A DNA stretch of 64,000 nt from Eledone cirrhosa (Eukaryota): the NCBI GenBank assembly GCA_964016885.1, contig OZ024748.1, forward strand, positions 45,880,001 through 45,944,000, written 5' to 3'. This document shows positions 44,746 through 62,109 of this stretch, piece after piece. The translations under genes were made by a program, and so were the position numbers. The notes below the pieces were generated by a model, which was not told where the DNA came from, did no database searches, and saw only the letters and a list, made by a program, of their open reading frames with translations. Each line of letters starts with the position of its first letter. Position 1 is the first letter of the stretch.

Positions 44746-45395
44746 TAATTAACAACCTGAAGCTGAAGCCCTCCACGATTCCAAATTAAACCATATATGG
44801 ATTGAAATCAAAATATGTTATCATGAACTATTTTCTTATATTCTTTTAATTATTTTGGATAAAACAAAATAAAAAAAATATCCATTTTTACTTCTGTTTT
44901 TATATTTTGTCTTAAATTTTATTTTTTATATTTACAATTTTTTTTAAAGATTTAATTTTGAGTCTGGTATTTGATTTAGTTTGGTATTCTCAGAATTCTT
45001 TTTCTAGAAAATAATTATAAGAAAATATAATTTTAATAGGAAATTAATCCAACTTATTTTTCTGGAAAAATTGAAAATAGTTAATTCAGTAGTGCATAAC
45101 ACGCAAAGATAAAGCCTAGAGTTTAATATTGATAGCCTTATAATCTTATTTTAAAATTAAGTAATTACGTTTACCTTCTCGAGTTATGTTGTTTCTGATT
45201 TTATCTGCTGATTTTATCTGCTGATTATGGACGGAGCACGGCCGAATGGTTAAGAAGAACGCATCAAATTAATTAGATTCTGGGAGCTCTCCCACTTAGT
45301 ACAGTCTTTAGTAGGTGTCATGATTCCTATCTTCATTTCGAACCAAGACCTAAACGTTACAGTATCTGTGTGGTAGGAAGCTATATAAGCCCATC

Positions 45396-45435
<40 letters not shown>

Positions 45436-45450
45436 ACTAGAAATTGATTG

Positions 45451-45498
<48 letters not shown>

Positions 45499-45560
45499 AA
45501 CACATGAAACAATCACAGGGGATAATTACAAATTATCCCTGGTGATTGTTTCATATGTTT

Positions 45561-45636
<76 letters not shown>

Positions 45637-45638
<2 letters not shown>

Positions 45639-45777
45639 AACCAGTAAGACCCCGACAGCTGAGCTCAAGCCGTTTCGACGGCTAGTTCTGGAGTCCAGAA
45701 TTACCCACTCTACTACCCCAAGTATTGAGTACTTTGGTGCGTTATGGTCCACCTGGTTCCTTACCACATTTCCTTCG

Positions 45778-45780
<3 letters not shown>
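45637..45780 (+). mobile_element. Collapsed fold-back pLTR fragment, family F
   Basis: The inverted arm joins the tail directly; the sense arm is deleted at AATTA. Confidence 0.65.
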
Positions 45781-45815
<35 letters not shown>

Positions 45816-45950
45816 ATGTGTGTGTGTATGTGTGTCAATCAATTTCTAGTTGATATAAAATGCTCGGATCTATTCATTGGAATTTTGAGCATATCTACAG
45901 TGGATATGGCGAATGTCTCGGACATGAGGCCCTTAATTTAGTTTTGGATA

Positions 45951-46364
45951 TACGAGGTTGTCAGAAAAGTTCCATGACTGATGTCACAAAAGATTGATTT
46001 CAAACCCAAACTTCACACTAAGAGTTTTCTCCTTCAAAGTAATCCCCCTGGAGTATGTAACTGTAATCTTAGCTCTCTGCAGCGATCAAACTTTTTTCTT
46101 CATAATTTTATATACATGTCCTCTGTTTCAGGTCGTCAAGCAATGAGCACAGAGCAACGAACAAACTTGAAAACTCCGTCAGCAAGTGTATGGAGGATCC
46201 CGAAAGAATCCTTCCAGGAGTGCATGCAAGTGTGGCAGAAAAGGATGGAAAGTGCATTATACTCCAGGGGATTACTTTGAAGGAGAAAACTCTTAGTGTG
46301 AAGTTTGGGTTTGAAATAAATATTTTCTGACATCAGTCCTGGAACTTTTCTGACCCACCTCGTA
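45951..46364 (+). mobile_element. Internally deleted mariner transposon with ~100-bp TIRs
   Basis: tacgagg..gaaaagttcc TIRs with TA ends. Transposase N-terminus (MSTEQRTNLK) is fused to the C-terminus (IPKESFQEC..WQKR..GDYFEG). Confidence 0.88.
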
Positions 46365-46389
46365 TATATATATATAATTAAATTCAAAG

Positions 46390-46457
<68 letters not shown>

Positions 46458-47326
46458 GACATAGTTACAGATACATATATGAGTTTGACAACGATTCACG
46501 GTGTGGTTCAATGAAGAATGAATTAAATAATTATTAATCCGAGCTATATATAAAAATGTAAGTCCAAAGAATCATTAGATAAAATATATACAGTATTTCC
46601 TCTCCCAATCAGTATGAATCAACCACATAAAAATCATTTAAACGAGGCTATAAGTTTAAAATGTACTCATGAAGAAATAATAAACAAATAATACAGATCA
46701 TTTTCCGCGATGTACAGCTATATCAAACTTATCTAATTATTTCTTCTAGCCTGTAGAAATTGACTAGGCAAATAGTTAACTACACGTAATTAGGTACAAA
46801 ATAGAAGTTTGCAGAAAAAATGCACATCAATTTTACAATTCTATTTTGTACCTATTTTGTAATTCCCTGTAGTTAACTATTTGTCCAGTCAATTTCTATA
46901 GGATTATATTATATATATATATATATCCGAAAGGGTTTGGTAAAATACCAAGTGGACTATAACCCACCAGAGTACTAGATACTTGGGTGGTAGAGTGGGT
47001 AATATGAAAATATTCAGCAGTTCAGATTTAGCTGTCGCAACGGCCGTAGCTCGGCCATAGGGGTCCTGAACCTTTTCATATATATATGAACCAACCGTCC
47101 TGATAACTTCGATGTCACGATGGGGTCCAGCGACTCAGCGCAAGCAACTGACCTGGTTGGGATATACCTCCTACATAAGCTTGGGAAGAAATACCGGCCC
47201 TACAAGGAGGTGTATATAGGGACGACGCCCTGTTTACTGTTAGGAACCATAGCCCCCGTAGGATAGAGAACCTTAACAAACATATACACAGGTTCTTTAA
47301 GTCAGTCATACGGCCTATCCGTAACT

Positions 47327-48907
47327 ATGGACCTCAACCACAGGGTTGTCAACTTCCTGGACGTGACCCTGGAGTTGAGTACGGGCTTATACAAGCCATA
47401 CCATAAGCCTGGAGAGTGCCTCTCTTATATTAATTATGCCTCCAACCACCCTAAGCAGACTCTCAACTCCATAGTCTATAATATCTCACATAGAATCTCG
47501 AGGCTATCCGCCAATGAGGATATCTTCAACCAAGCGGCTGATTACTACAATAGGGCCCTGATAAGCGCCGGCTTTAACCGAGGAATTTCCTACATCCCTA
47601 TCGCTAGCTCTAGAAACCACCCCCCTCATAAAACTAACGTTATAGTAAGCCATACCTATAACCGATCACGCGGCGACCTCGTTAAAGTCGGATATAATAG
47701 AATAGATAACCGCACCAAAGATCACGTCCCCGGCGACGGTGAATACTGTAGATTACTCAAACTATTCCCCTATTACAAAACCAACAAAGGCGACGGCCTA
47801 CTACCAACGCCTTCCAACCAACATCTTCGTGTACTTAAACATGGAAGTGGTAGAAAGAGTGCACCCGAGCATAAAGTGAAAGGGGCACCGAACGGGCGAC
47901 AGCGCATTAACACACATAAAAGCGATAACTTAGATGGAACCACCCGTAGCAAAAGTACAAGGACACGTAATCGCCACCGTAACGTCCTACGGTTCCCCCC
48001 CCCCCCCCCCTACTCTCGAAGTTTGGCCTCCAACATACCCCGGATATTCTTCGAAGCCTTAGAGAAGAACTTCCCACCCAACCATAGGTATAGAAAAATT
48101 CTTAATAGGAACAATATAAAAATATCCTTCTCTACTACTCCTAACCTAGCAGACATCATAGGAACAACGAACCACAGTAAGATCACCAAGACACAGCACC
48201 TCGACGCAGACGCACCTACACCTGACAATAACTGTATCGGCCTTAACAACTCCCTGACAGCATCCAATAGTGTTGGCAACGGCATCCGCAGACGCAACCA
48301 GAATGACCGCGAAGTGACTGGGGAGCATGCAAAACATGGCGTGCGGAATAACAATCGCACCATCCCGCGTGCTGTGGGTTGTAATTGTGCTAACGACAGC
48401 TGCGGTAGCGCAGCTAGCAACGTAGGCAGCAACAATGATAGCCTTATCGTGGGAAATAGACGGAACAGCGACAGAAATTGCAACTGCCGCGACAGAGGAC
48501 GGTGCCCCCTTAGAGGATACTGCTTGACCGATAGGGTTATATATAGATGCACTATTACTAGCCACAATAGCGTTAAACATTATATAGGGGCCACCTCCGG
48601 CCCGTTCAAAATTAGGTTTCGAACACATCTCCACTCTTTCACAAATAGAAAACTAAGGCACTCCACCTCGCTCGCGGACTACATCACATCACTAAAGGAC
48701 TTAAACATTAGCTTCTCCACGCACTGGGAGATTGTCGGCAGGGCTGCACCGTACAACTTCAAGAGGAAATGCGATCTTTGCCTCATGGAGCTCTACCACA
48801 TCATAACTGCACCCCACGAGCTCATCAACAGCAGAGCTGAAACAGCGATAAGTTGTACACATCGCTTAAAAATATCCTTCTTTAGATGGGTTAAGAATGA
48901 AGAGTGA
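47327..48907 (+). pseudogene. PLE RT thumb, long linker and GIY-YIG endonuclease
   Basis: VNFLDVTL, SNHP, CNC..CPL..CL, VIYRC..HYIGAT..FKIRF..H, CDLCLME, CTH. Confidence 0.9.
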
Positions 48908-49157
48908 AATAGCACACTGGATCTCCCTGCAACAAGTCTTAACACCCCGGTGGGCAGGCGCAGCAAAATAACACCCAGAAAACAATCCTTGCATACCAAA
49001 AATTATCCGGGAAAGACTGCCCTAACACCGGCCAAAGTGACCTCCCTTGACCTGATGCAAAATCAAAACAAGATATTTTTGCGAGCAATGAATCTTGATG
49101 TGGATTTAACCCCCAAAACTCTTTCCGAACTATATAAGGAACACTTGTGATTGTTTA

Positions 49158-49197
49158 TGCCCTTGAGAAGCCCAACTGGGCGAAACGTACGTAGGTG
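49158..49197 (+). ncRNA. Hammerhead with non-canonical core (TTGAGAA); homologs at 58317-58356 (+) and 56759-56798 (-)
   Basis: tgccc-TTGAGAA-gcccaactgggc-GAA-acgtacgt-A-ggtg. Confidence 0.62.
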
Positions 49198-49252
49198 ATA
49201 TTTTAAATAAACATGTTTTAACGGTCTATTCTCCGATTTTTCACTTTCCCAC

Positions 49253-49305
<53 letters not shown>

Positions 49306-49340
49306 TATATATATATAAATATATATATATATAAATATAA

Positions 49341-49396
<56 letters not shown>

Positions 49397-49399
49397 TTC

Positions 49400-49456
<57 letters not shown>

Positions 49457-49654
49457 TAATAATAAGAAGAAAACAAGGACAATTGGTTAAGCTTTCATTA
49501 CGTTTATTAGTCGGTGACGCGCGTTTCGCTATTGATCAGCTCAAGGTTCGATCTGTATTGATCTGGCCCGACTCTGGAATCAAAATTTCGTCGCACCTCT
49601 GTTGTAGTAATGACAGAGTGTATACCAACAGTAACTACGGGTTGCACTCCCTCG

Positions 49655-49822
<168 letters not shown>

Positions 49823-50049
49823 TATACACATATCAGTCATGTCCTAGTTAATTGATTTCTTTGCTTTTGTTTGTCACTATCTGTTTTTGCTATTTATATA
49901 ATTACTCGTTTATTTATTTGTAAAAATGTTTGCACGAAAGAAACAATAAAGAAACCATATGTAGTTCATGTAGTGTATCAATGAAGAATACTGAAGCGAA
50001 ATAAGTATAGGAATGTGATTTCACAAAGTTTCCTACACAATGAAAGAGG

Positions 50050-53487
<3,438 letters not shown>

Positions 53488-53489
<2 letters not shown>

Positions 53490-53868
53490 TATTTTCCGTT
53501 GTGTTGTAATATAAATATTACACACAGTAGATTATCAGCTCACGTAGAGTTTGCTCGACGGTTCCAGTTGTAGTTCCAAAAGTAATCCGGAGAAACATAG
53601 AAAGATTTGAATGGATACAGTTTAGTTGAAAGGAATTTATTGACACGTGTTTCTATAACAGTTACATAACCTAAAACAGCTATCTACAAACTTTTAGTTA
53701 TGCAAACATTTAATAATAAATACTGATGAAATGACAGTAAATAATAACATTGAAATATTGAATGTCTGCATAACTAAAAGTTTGTAGATAGCTGTTTTAG
53801 GTTATGTAACTGTTATAGAAACACGTGTCAATAAATTCCTTTCAACTAAACTGTATCCATTCAAATCT

Positions 53869-53873
<5 letters not shown>
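53488..53873 (-). mobile_element. Fold-back pLTR; long-loop hammerhead at 53718-53834 (+)
   Basis: Arms 53598-53710 and 53761-53873. CTGATGA-a-atgacagt..actgttat-a-GAA-acacgtgt-C. Stem I is weak. Confidence 0.68.
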
Positions 53874-53934
<61 letters not shown>

Positions 53935-54017
53935 CTTTGTCATGACATTATATATAAATTAATAAAAACAATGAAATAAAAATAAAGAACAGGTTCCTTA
54001 TATTGAAAAAAAATCAT

Positions 54018-54130
54018 CATTTTACGATCGTTTCTGGGATATATATGTGTGTGTTGGTATGTATATCATATTAAAGATCTATGTAAAAAAATATACATAC
54101 CTTCACTTATATATGCCATCTTCAGAAATG
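54018..54130 (-). ncRNA. Hammerhead with ~70-nt stem II loop; decayed inverted copy at 54660-54844
   Basis: cattt-CTGAAGA-tggcatatata..tatatatccca-GAA-acgatcgt-A-aaatg. Confidence 0.75.
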
Positions 54131-54571
54131 ATGAAGTATGTTTATTAAAAGAAACAAAGTATTAATACAAAAAGTCTGTTTGGGAACATGCTTTGAATTG
54201 ACCAATAGAAAAGAGTTAGAGGTCAAGTTGATAGAATAACAATAGTAGAAACTTTACGCTAGGAGTGGAGGAATGTAAATTTATGCTTTGAATGAAAAGA
54301 ATATAATGGGGAAGAGAAAGGTAGGGGTTAAAATGAGGTCAAGTCAATAAGATAGTGAAGGATTCACAAAAAAATTGATGTTATTAAAGAATGTTGTTAG
54401 AAGCGAAGGGAAAATAATGTTTTGTGGGATTAGAGTGTTAGTGAGAAATACTACTCCTGTTTAAATTTCAAGTAACCTAGATACATAAAAGGAAATTAAA
54501 TTAAATTAGGTATACTTACAGAGTTAAAATTGTATTAATTCTTATGAATCTGATAAATGAAGAAGTAAAAA

Positions 54572-54643
<72 letters not shown>

Positions 54644-54842
54644 ACTGAAATAGATAAACATTTTATAAAAAGAAGGCATATATAATTGAAGGTATGTTTA
54701 TCTCCTCTGATAATTGGTAATATTTTTTTACATAGATCTTTAATATGATATTCATAACAACACACACATATATAGCCCAGAAACTATCGTAAAATGATAA
54801 TTTTTTCAATATAAGGAACCTGTTCTTTGTTTTTATTTCATT

Positions 54843-55372
54843 GTCATTAGGAATATACTTCACTGCTTTACGATCGTTTCTAGGTGATAATAATACATCG
54901 TACGCATATTTCGTTATCGATCTATGTAAGGTTAGTTACAAAATATCAAATAAGGAATATATTTACCTATGTGTATATCGTCAGCCGTTGTCAAAAGCAA
55001 TGAAAGTTTTATTCAAAATCAATAGTAAATTGAGTTCTATGACCTTATTTGGAGGTAGCTGACAACGGCTGAAGATATACACGTAGGTAAATATATTCCT
55101 TATTTGTTATTTTGTAACTAACCTTTCATAGATCGGTAACGAAATATGCGTACGATGTATTATTATCACCTAGAAACGATCGTAAAGCAGTGAAGTATAT
55201 TCCTAATGACTTGAATTTATATTTCATTGTTTTAACTTATATCACGACTCTGTTTTCCTTTTGATGTTTTATTGTTTTCCGGGATTATTTTAACCTACAA
55301 CATTTTCAATATATGGATTACATTGAGTTCTTCATGCAGACTACACCCCACAACTAACCGTGGATATTTCTG
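54843..55372 (+). mobile_element. pLTR with 150-bp inverted copy
   Basis: Arms 54843-54993 and 55060-55210. CTGAAGA ... GAAACGATCGTA is present but stem I does not pair. Confidence 0.68.
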
Positions 55373-55374
55373 TG

Positions 55375-55530
<156 letters not shown>

Positions 55531-55569
55531 AATATACATACATATAAATGTATAATATAATATATATAG

Positions 55570-55653
<84 letters not shown>

Positions 55654-56066
55654 CTGTATATACATATGTATATAAATATTCATATATATATAAATTTATA
55701 TGTGAGCTGATAGAGTACAGTCTAAGGATTTACAGAAACCCAAGAAGCTAGATTTAACACCTTTCTAGTGGGTCCGGGTATGATTTTACATTCATTTAAA
55801 TTATTGATGTATTGTTTTATTGATATTTTTTATCTGTTTGTCCCGAATCTTCTATTATCGATTTTTTATCGTATGGTTGATTGTAGACTTGTTCTATGTG
55901 TGACGGTATTTTAACGATAGTTATAGCTCTGATTCATCTGAATCATTGAGCCCTCTGCCGCTCATTTCGAATATTGTTTATCGTGAACTCGTGCGCCGAT
56001 TTTTCGATACTCGACCTTTCTAATACATGTGTATATATATAAATATTCATATGTATGAATGGAAAC

Positions 56067-56168
<102 letters not shown>

Positions 56169-56319
56169 GTGTTCAACGACATTCAACGATTATGTCAAAG
56201 AATGAGTTTTACAGGAGATTGAAAGCACTCTACGGGAAAAATAATTTTCCGGAGTTATTAATATTACTACCTTGATTAAATCTTAACCATATAACATCTC
56301 AGGGTATGTCATGTATCAT

Positions 56320-56378
56320 TATATTTTGTCTGATGAGGACGTACTGTTGTACATCCGAAATATGTATAATAAAATGTA
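56320..56378 (+). ncRNA. Type I hammerhead
   Basis: tatattttgt-CTGATGA-ggacgtactgttgtacatcc-GAAA-tatgta-TA-ataaaatgta. Confidence 0.82.
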
Positions 56379-56481
56379 ATTGATCAAAAGAACATCTATT
56401 TCAATAATATTTATATTTTAATATATATATATATGTTTGCATTCATACATATGTATATTTATATATAGACATGTATATACA

Positions 56482-56547
<66 letters not shown>

Positions 56548-56552
<5 letters not shown>

Positions 56553-58411
56553 ATTTAAGTATACAGAGAGAGATGAAGAGATAGGCGATACATGTAGTTA
56601 TTTGCCAATAGCATATGCAAAAGGTGCTCAATACCTGTACCTACAGTGTTAAATATTAGAAGTGTTAATATCTTGTGGGCGAGAAAATAACCAGAGCTGA
56701 TACACGCGTAGAACATATAAAGGAGAACAAACCGTTAAAACATGTTTATTTAAAATACCACCTACGTACGTTTCGCCCAAATGGGCTTCTGAAGGGCATT
56801 AAAAATTAAAAAGCGTTCCTTACATGACCCCTAATGGGTTTTGGAGATAAGTTCACATCACAGTCCATTCTTCGTAAAAAACATGTATTGATTTTGCAGT
56901 AGGTCAAGGGAGATATCTCTAGCTACTTTTATCCGTTGTGCTTTACCATTGTCGATTCACGCAGGGTTAGAGATGCAAAGTTAGTTTCCAGATGTTTGTT
57001 TGCTGCGCCTGCCCGCCGGGGTCGATTCATGAGGATCTGGGATGCATGGTTAGTTTCAGGATGTTTTTTGCAGCGCCTGCCCACCAGAGTGTTAAGGTTT
57101 GGTGCAGGGTGACCCGGTTTACGGTTCTCACGCCTCATTCTTATTTCATCTGGAATAAGAGATTTTTAAGCGGTGTGTACAGCTTATCGTCGTTTCTCCT
57201 CTGCTGTTGATGAACTTGTGGGGTGTCGTTATGATATGGTAAAGCTCCATGAGGCAAAGCTCGCACTTCCTCTTGAAATTGTACGGTGCTCCGCTGCCGA
57301 CAATTTCCCAGTGCGCGGAGAAGCTGATGTTTGAGTCTTTTAATGCTGCGATGTAATTCGCGAGCGAAGTGGAGTGTCTTAGTTTCTTGTTTGCGAAACA
57401 GTGGAGATGTGCTCGAAATATCTTTTTGAACGGGACAGAGGTAGCCCCTATATAATGTTTAACGCTATTATGGCTAGTTACGGTGCACATATAAATAACC
57501 CTATCAGTCAGGCAGTTTCCCCTGAGGGGCAGCGTCCCCTGCCACGGCAGTTGCAATTTCGGTCGCAGTCCCTTCTAGCTCCCAAGGCTATTATTATTGC
57601 TATCTATGTTGTTACCTACGCCCCTACACCTGTCGTTGGTACCATTATAACCCACTGTGTGAGGAGTAGTACCATTATCATTCCGGACGGCGCAACGCCT
57701 TCTGTTGTCGTTGGGTGACACGTACGGGTCACCTGCATATTCCCCAGTCGTGTCGCGGTTATGTTGGTTGCGTCTGTAGTGGCTGTTGCCAGCACTATTG
57801 GGTGCTGCTAGGGAGTCGTTAAGGCCGATATAGTTGTTGTCAGGTGTAGGTGTATCGGTGCTAAGGTGCTGTGTTTTGGTGATCTTACCGTGATTAGTTG
57901 TTCCTATGATGTCTGCTAGGTTAGGAGTAGTAGAGAAGGATATTTTATATTGTTCCTATTAAGGATTTTCCTATACTTATGGTTGGGTGGTAAGTTCTTC
58001 TCTAAGGCTTCGAAGAATATCCGGGGTAAGTCGGAGGCCACACTCCGAGAGGAGGAAGGATGGAACCATAGGACGTTGCGGTGGCGATTTCGTGTCTTTG
58101 TATGTTTGCTAAGGGTTGTGCTATCAGGGTGACAGTTCTTATGCATGTTATTGCGCTGTAGCCTGTTACGTTTTCTTTTTCGCTTTATGCTCGGGTGCAC
58201 TCGGCTTCCTTCTGCTACGTTTATGTATAGGAAGACGCTGGTTGGAAGGCGTTGGTAGTAGGCCATCACCTTTGTTGATCTTATAGTGGGGGAATAATTC
58301 AAGTAGGCATTTATTATGCCCTTGAGAAGCCCATTTGGGCGAAACGTACGTAGGTGCTATTTTAAAAAAAACATGTTTTAACGGTTTGTTCTCCTTTATA
58401 TATTTCTCTAC

Positions 58412-58412
<1 letters not shown>
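56548..58412 (-). mobile_element. PLE 3' part (same family as 47088) with short inverted pLTR at 58305-58412
   Basis: RNRHRNVLWFHP, VIYMC..HYIGAT, CELCLME. Frameshifted. Confidence 0.88.
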
Positions 58413-58495
<83 letters not shown>

Positions 58496-58501
<6 letters not shown>

Positions 58502-58936
58502 AAATGTGTGAGATCCTTGGTACAGTTAGGTATATTTGAAAAAAGGAAAAGAATGACTTCACTTGTAGTGTTAAAAAATGTTTTTGATTTAATTTTATAT
58601 TATAATATTATGAGTTGGTGAAGTCATTCTTTTCCTTTTTTTCAAATATATATATATATATATATATATTAAGACAGGGGGGAAGAAAAATGGCTTCACT
58701 TGTGCTTTCAACAAATTTATTTTCTTCACAAAGTCCAAAAAGAATTTTTTTCCGGATTAGAAAAAAAAAATTTTTTTTCTTAAAAAAAATGTTTTGTTTT
58801 TTTCTAATCCGGAAAAAAATTCTTTTTGGACTTTGTGAAGAAAATAAATTTGTTGAAAGCACAAGTGAAGCCATTTTTTCTTCCCCCCTGTCTTAATATA
58901 CCTAACTATACCAAGGATTACACACATTTTCCAATA
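58496..58936. repeat. Nested palindromic module
   Basis: Outer inverted ends at 58496-58535 and 58897-58936. Inner hairpins at ~58533-58650 and ~58667-58900. Confidence 0.75.
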
Positions 58937-59349
58937 TATATATATATATATATACATACACTATGTCGTTGATGGTATGGTAATCGTAATCGACATCTTT
59001 ATAATTCCCAGTTCTATAATTCCCAGTACTAGTAGACCAAAATCTGAAAGAAATACTGAAAATATATCTCCAAACCCTATACAATATAATACGATACTCT
59101 ACAATACCTAATCTAAACCAACTAACATTTGAGGCAGCCGCATTAAGCAAAGTTTCAGAGACCATTATCTCTCTATACTTTATATGGTGGAAGAATGAAA
59201 CCAAATAATAATTATTGATGTGAGAATGAATTACTTTTGTGTTTGTTCAAAGGTATATAAGCACATATATAAGTATGCATGTCCAATAGTCACTTCTCTG
59301 ATAACATTTCTTACTCCCCTCCTAATCCTACTACGAGTAGCAAAAGGTG

Positions 59350-60010
59350 TAGAAATAAAAAATAAAAATATTGTTGTTCTGCCCACCTTTCTCGCTCAAT
59401 GTTAGAACCAATGTTGGTAGGAAATTCTTAGCACTCCCGGATAAACACTTCACCGCAGGACATAAATACAGACATATCTTCAATAGTCACAGGGTGGAAC
59501 TCGCTTATTTCTGTGCTAAAAATATGAAAGCCCACAGTACCACTAATCCCAAAAGATCACCCCCACCGGGTGCACTTGCAGAAGGCCATAATCATGCCCC
59601 TTCAACAACTATGTAACATACCCGCTATATCTACGTAGTTACATCTACTGAAGTTACATCTACTTTATCTAACCAACAAGAGGAGGTCAAAACATATGTG
59701 GGCATGGCGGGGGGCCAGTTTAAAGAACGCTTCCTTAACCATCAGACGATCTTTAGAGACTCAGATAAATGATCGCCCACGAAGCTAGCAAGCCACATAT
59801 GGTTACACTAAGATGCAGACGTCGATTACTCTATTCAATGGAAAGTTCTGATCAAATCTAGACCATGCAGAAATGGCACTTTGTCTTGTCGGCTGTGTAT
59901 CGATGAAAGAATAAACATCTTGCATAGATTACATAATAGTTCTTGTCTCAATACAAGATCCAATATTGTCATCCATACCACCACGCTGTTAAATACATGT
60001 TACGTAACTA
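59350..60010 (+). pseudogene. Decayed PLE C-terminal / GIY-YIG fragment
   Basis: FCPPFSLNVRTNVGRKFL, KTYVGMAGGQFKERF..H, IQWKVL, CRLCIDE. Confidence 0.8.
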
Positions 60011-60329
60011 GAAGGTCTCAGGCTAAATTCTATTCGAAAGAACTAACTCAAGCATCCCTCTTTCAACGGTCTGACTTCAATTGTCTCCCTTGTCGACGTC
60101 CATGCGTAGGAACCAGTCAGTGCTGATACACTTCTGTTTTAAGCACAACCTCACACATGTCTGTGGAATACACAGCTGTTTGCACATGGATTTCTCGAGC
60201 TGCTTGCGGCGTTGTATTCGAACAACTGTACCCGACGGATTTCCATTCCTTTCCGTGCAATCCGTGACTGTATAGTATCTGTGTGGACCTGTAACGCTTG
60301 ACGGGTTTGCAGGGGCGCCAATGATATAA

Positions 60330-60605
60330 CCATTTCTAGTGCATCTTTTTCTAAACCTGGCGCAGACCATTTCCTGTCTAGATTTAAATACAGCACAGAT
60401 GTCGTTCTGAGAAGCATAGAGAGTGAGAGAATGGAAGTGAAAAAGAGATAAAGAAGAAGAATCGACCTCAGTATTCAACTGCAAAATTTTTATCGTCCTT
60501 AAATTGATAAAAGACAAAGTTGACCTCGGCAGAATTTGAAATTCGGAACGAATACCGCAAAAAGTATTATATGAGGCGATCTTGCGTCTCTGCCAATTTG
60601 CCGCT
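60330..60605 (-). mobile_element. SINE (60462-60605) with the same extension as at 2665
   Basis: Minus strand: gcggcaaattggcag..tcaaattctgccgaggtcaactttg..gaggtcgat|tcttcttct. Confidence 0.6.
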
Positions 60606-61039
60606 TCCGTGATTGTATTGCCTCTTGCAAAAATAGAGACTGAGATGAGAAATAAGAGTGAGTGGATTTATTCTTATAACCATCGTCAATACTACTTCTT
60701 CTTTGACCTTTAACAAGATATCTAAAGGTCACGATAAGTGATTCTAATTTCAGAATATAAGAATAGAAGAACACTTGGCAAAGTTCTGAGAGGTAATAAA
60801 TAGAGACTGATGAAAATTTATGTTAAAGAAGAATACAATTGGATTGCGAAATAGATGATCTGAGAAGTATTAGTAACAGCACGAAATATCAAATGTTTAA
60901 CAATAGAATGACTAAGCTGGAAGGATACCCAGGGACATATGTTGCATTAAAAGTTAATAGTAAAGTGGGAACTTAACTATGTTATTGGATTATTTAGACT
61001 GCAATCATGCTGGGGCAACAACGCATATATATATATATA

Positions 61040-61260
61040 GTAATAATGATAAATTTGAAGACTAAAATCCAAAGAGGGCTCGTTAAGGATAAATATATAT
61101 CAAATATATAAGAACCGTAGAGCAAATATTTATTAAAATAACAGATTAAATTTTAAGCAAAAAATCGCTGCTTTCACCCTTAACGGGATCTTCTTAAGAT
61201 CCCGTTAAGGGTGAAAGCAGCGATTCTTTGCTTAAACTTTAATCTGTTATTTTAATAAAT
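61040..61260 (-). mobile_element. Fold-back pLTR, palindrome 61128-61260 centred in the hammerhead core
   Basis: Centre gatctt-ctt-aagatc. Homologous to ~34110-34182. Confidence 0.72.
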
Positions 61261-61337
61261 AAATACATATATATATATTCGGATCTAACTGTCGAAACGG
61301 CCGGAGCTCAGCCGTCGGGATCCTGTCTCTTTTCCTC

Positions 61338-61719
61338 ACTTCAAAATAATAGCGCAAGGATTTCAAAATATATTTAATAAAGCATACAGTATATTGCCAA
61401 ATATACTATATATGTATACATCGCTATTTCAGAGCACCGATTCTAATTTTCAATTTTTGCTGGACCGGCAATCGCTCTGTATAATCAGTTCCTGCTTATT
61501 ACTGGAATTCTATAAGAATCCAGCATCTATAATTTTCAACAGGCATCGGCGAATGCTAAGTTCTGATGATCACCAACAGTGTGAAATAGATCTGTCAGCT
61601 TATCTCCCTTTGTTTGTTGAAAAAAGATGTAATTGACATAGTCACTACTTTAAAATAATAGCGCAAGGTCTTCAAAATGTTTTTAATTAAGCATTCAGTA
61701 TATTGCCAAATATACTATA
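61338..61719 (+). mobile_element. ORF-less retrozyme-like unit: 309-bp monomer plus 73-bp terminal direct repeat
   Basis: Direct repeats at 61338-61410 and 61647-61719, with a hammerhead between them. Confidence 0.68.
61558..61601 (+). ncRNA. Type I hammerhead
   Basis: aagtt-CTGATGA-tcaccaacagtgt-GAA-atagatctgt-C-agctt. GUC cleavage triplet. Confidence 0.85.
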
Positions 61720-61727
61720 TATATATA

Positions 61728-61783
<56 letters not shown>

Positions 61784-61951
61784 GAAAATTTATAGTTAGA
61801 AAATTTACTCTTAAAGCTTGCTGGATTTGATTATGTATATGGTTAATTATGCTGATTAGAGGAAGAAATAGTATATATTTTAATATCTGATTGATTCTAT
61901 AGACACGTTTTATGATATAATGCTCTGATTTTTTGATATATATATATAAAT

Positions 61952-62109
<158 letters not shown>

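Larger units (their letters stand above)
47088..49253 (+). mobile_element. 5'-truncated PLE (Naiad-like)
   Basis: FDVTMGSSDSA and GGVYRDDA (frameshifted), then a 526-aa frame. Hammerhead variant at the 3' end. (TA)n flanks. Confidence 0.9.

Noticed and set aside
45230-45330. tRNA gene
   Set aside because: A-box-like start only, with no cloverleaf. Probably a decayed SINE head.
60077-60410. Minus-strand exon after a strong pyrimidine tract and CAG
   Set aside because: The tract and downstream sequence are homologous to the repeat extension at 2665-2790, and no protein is recognisable.
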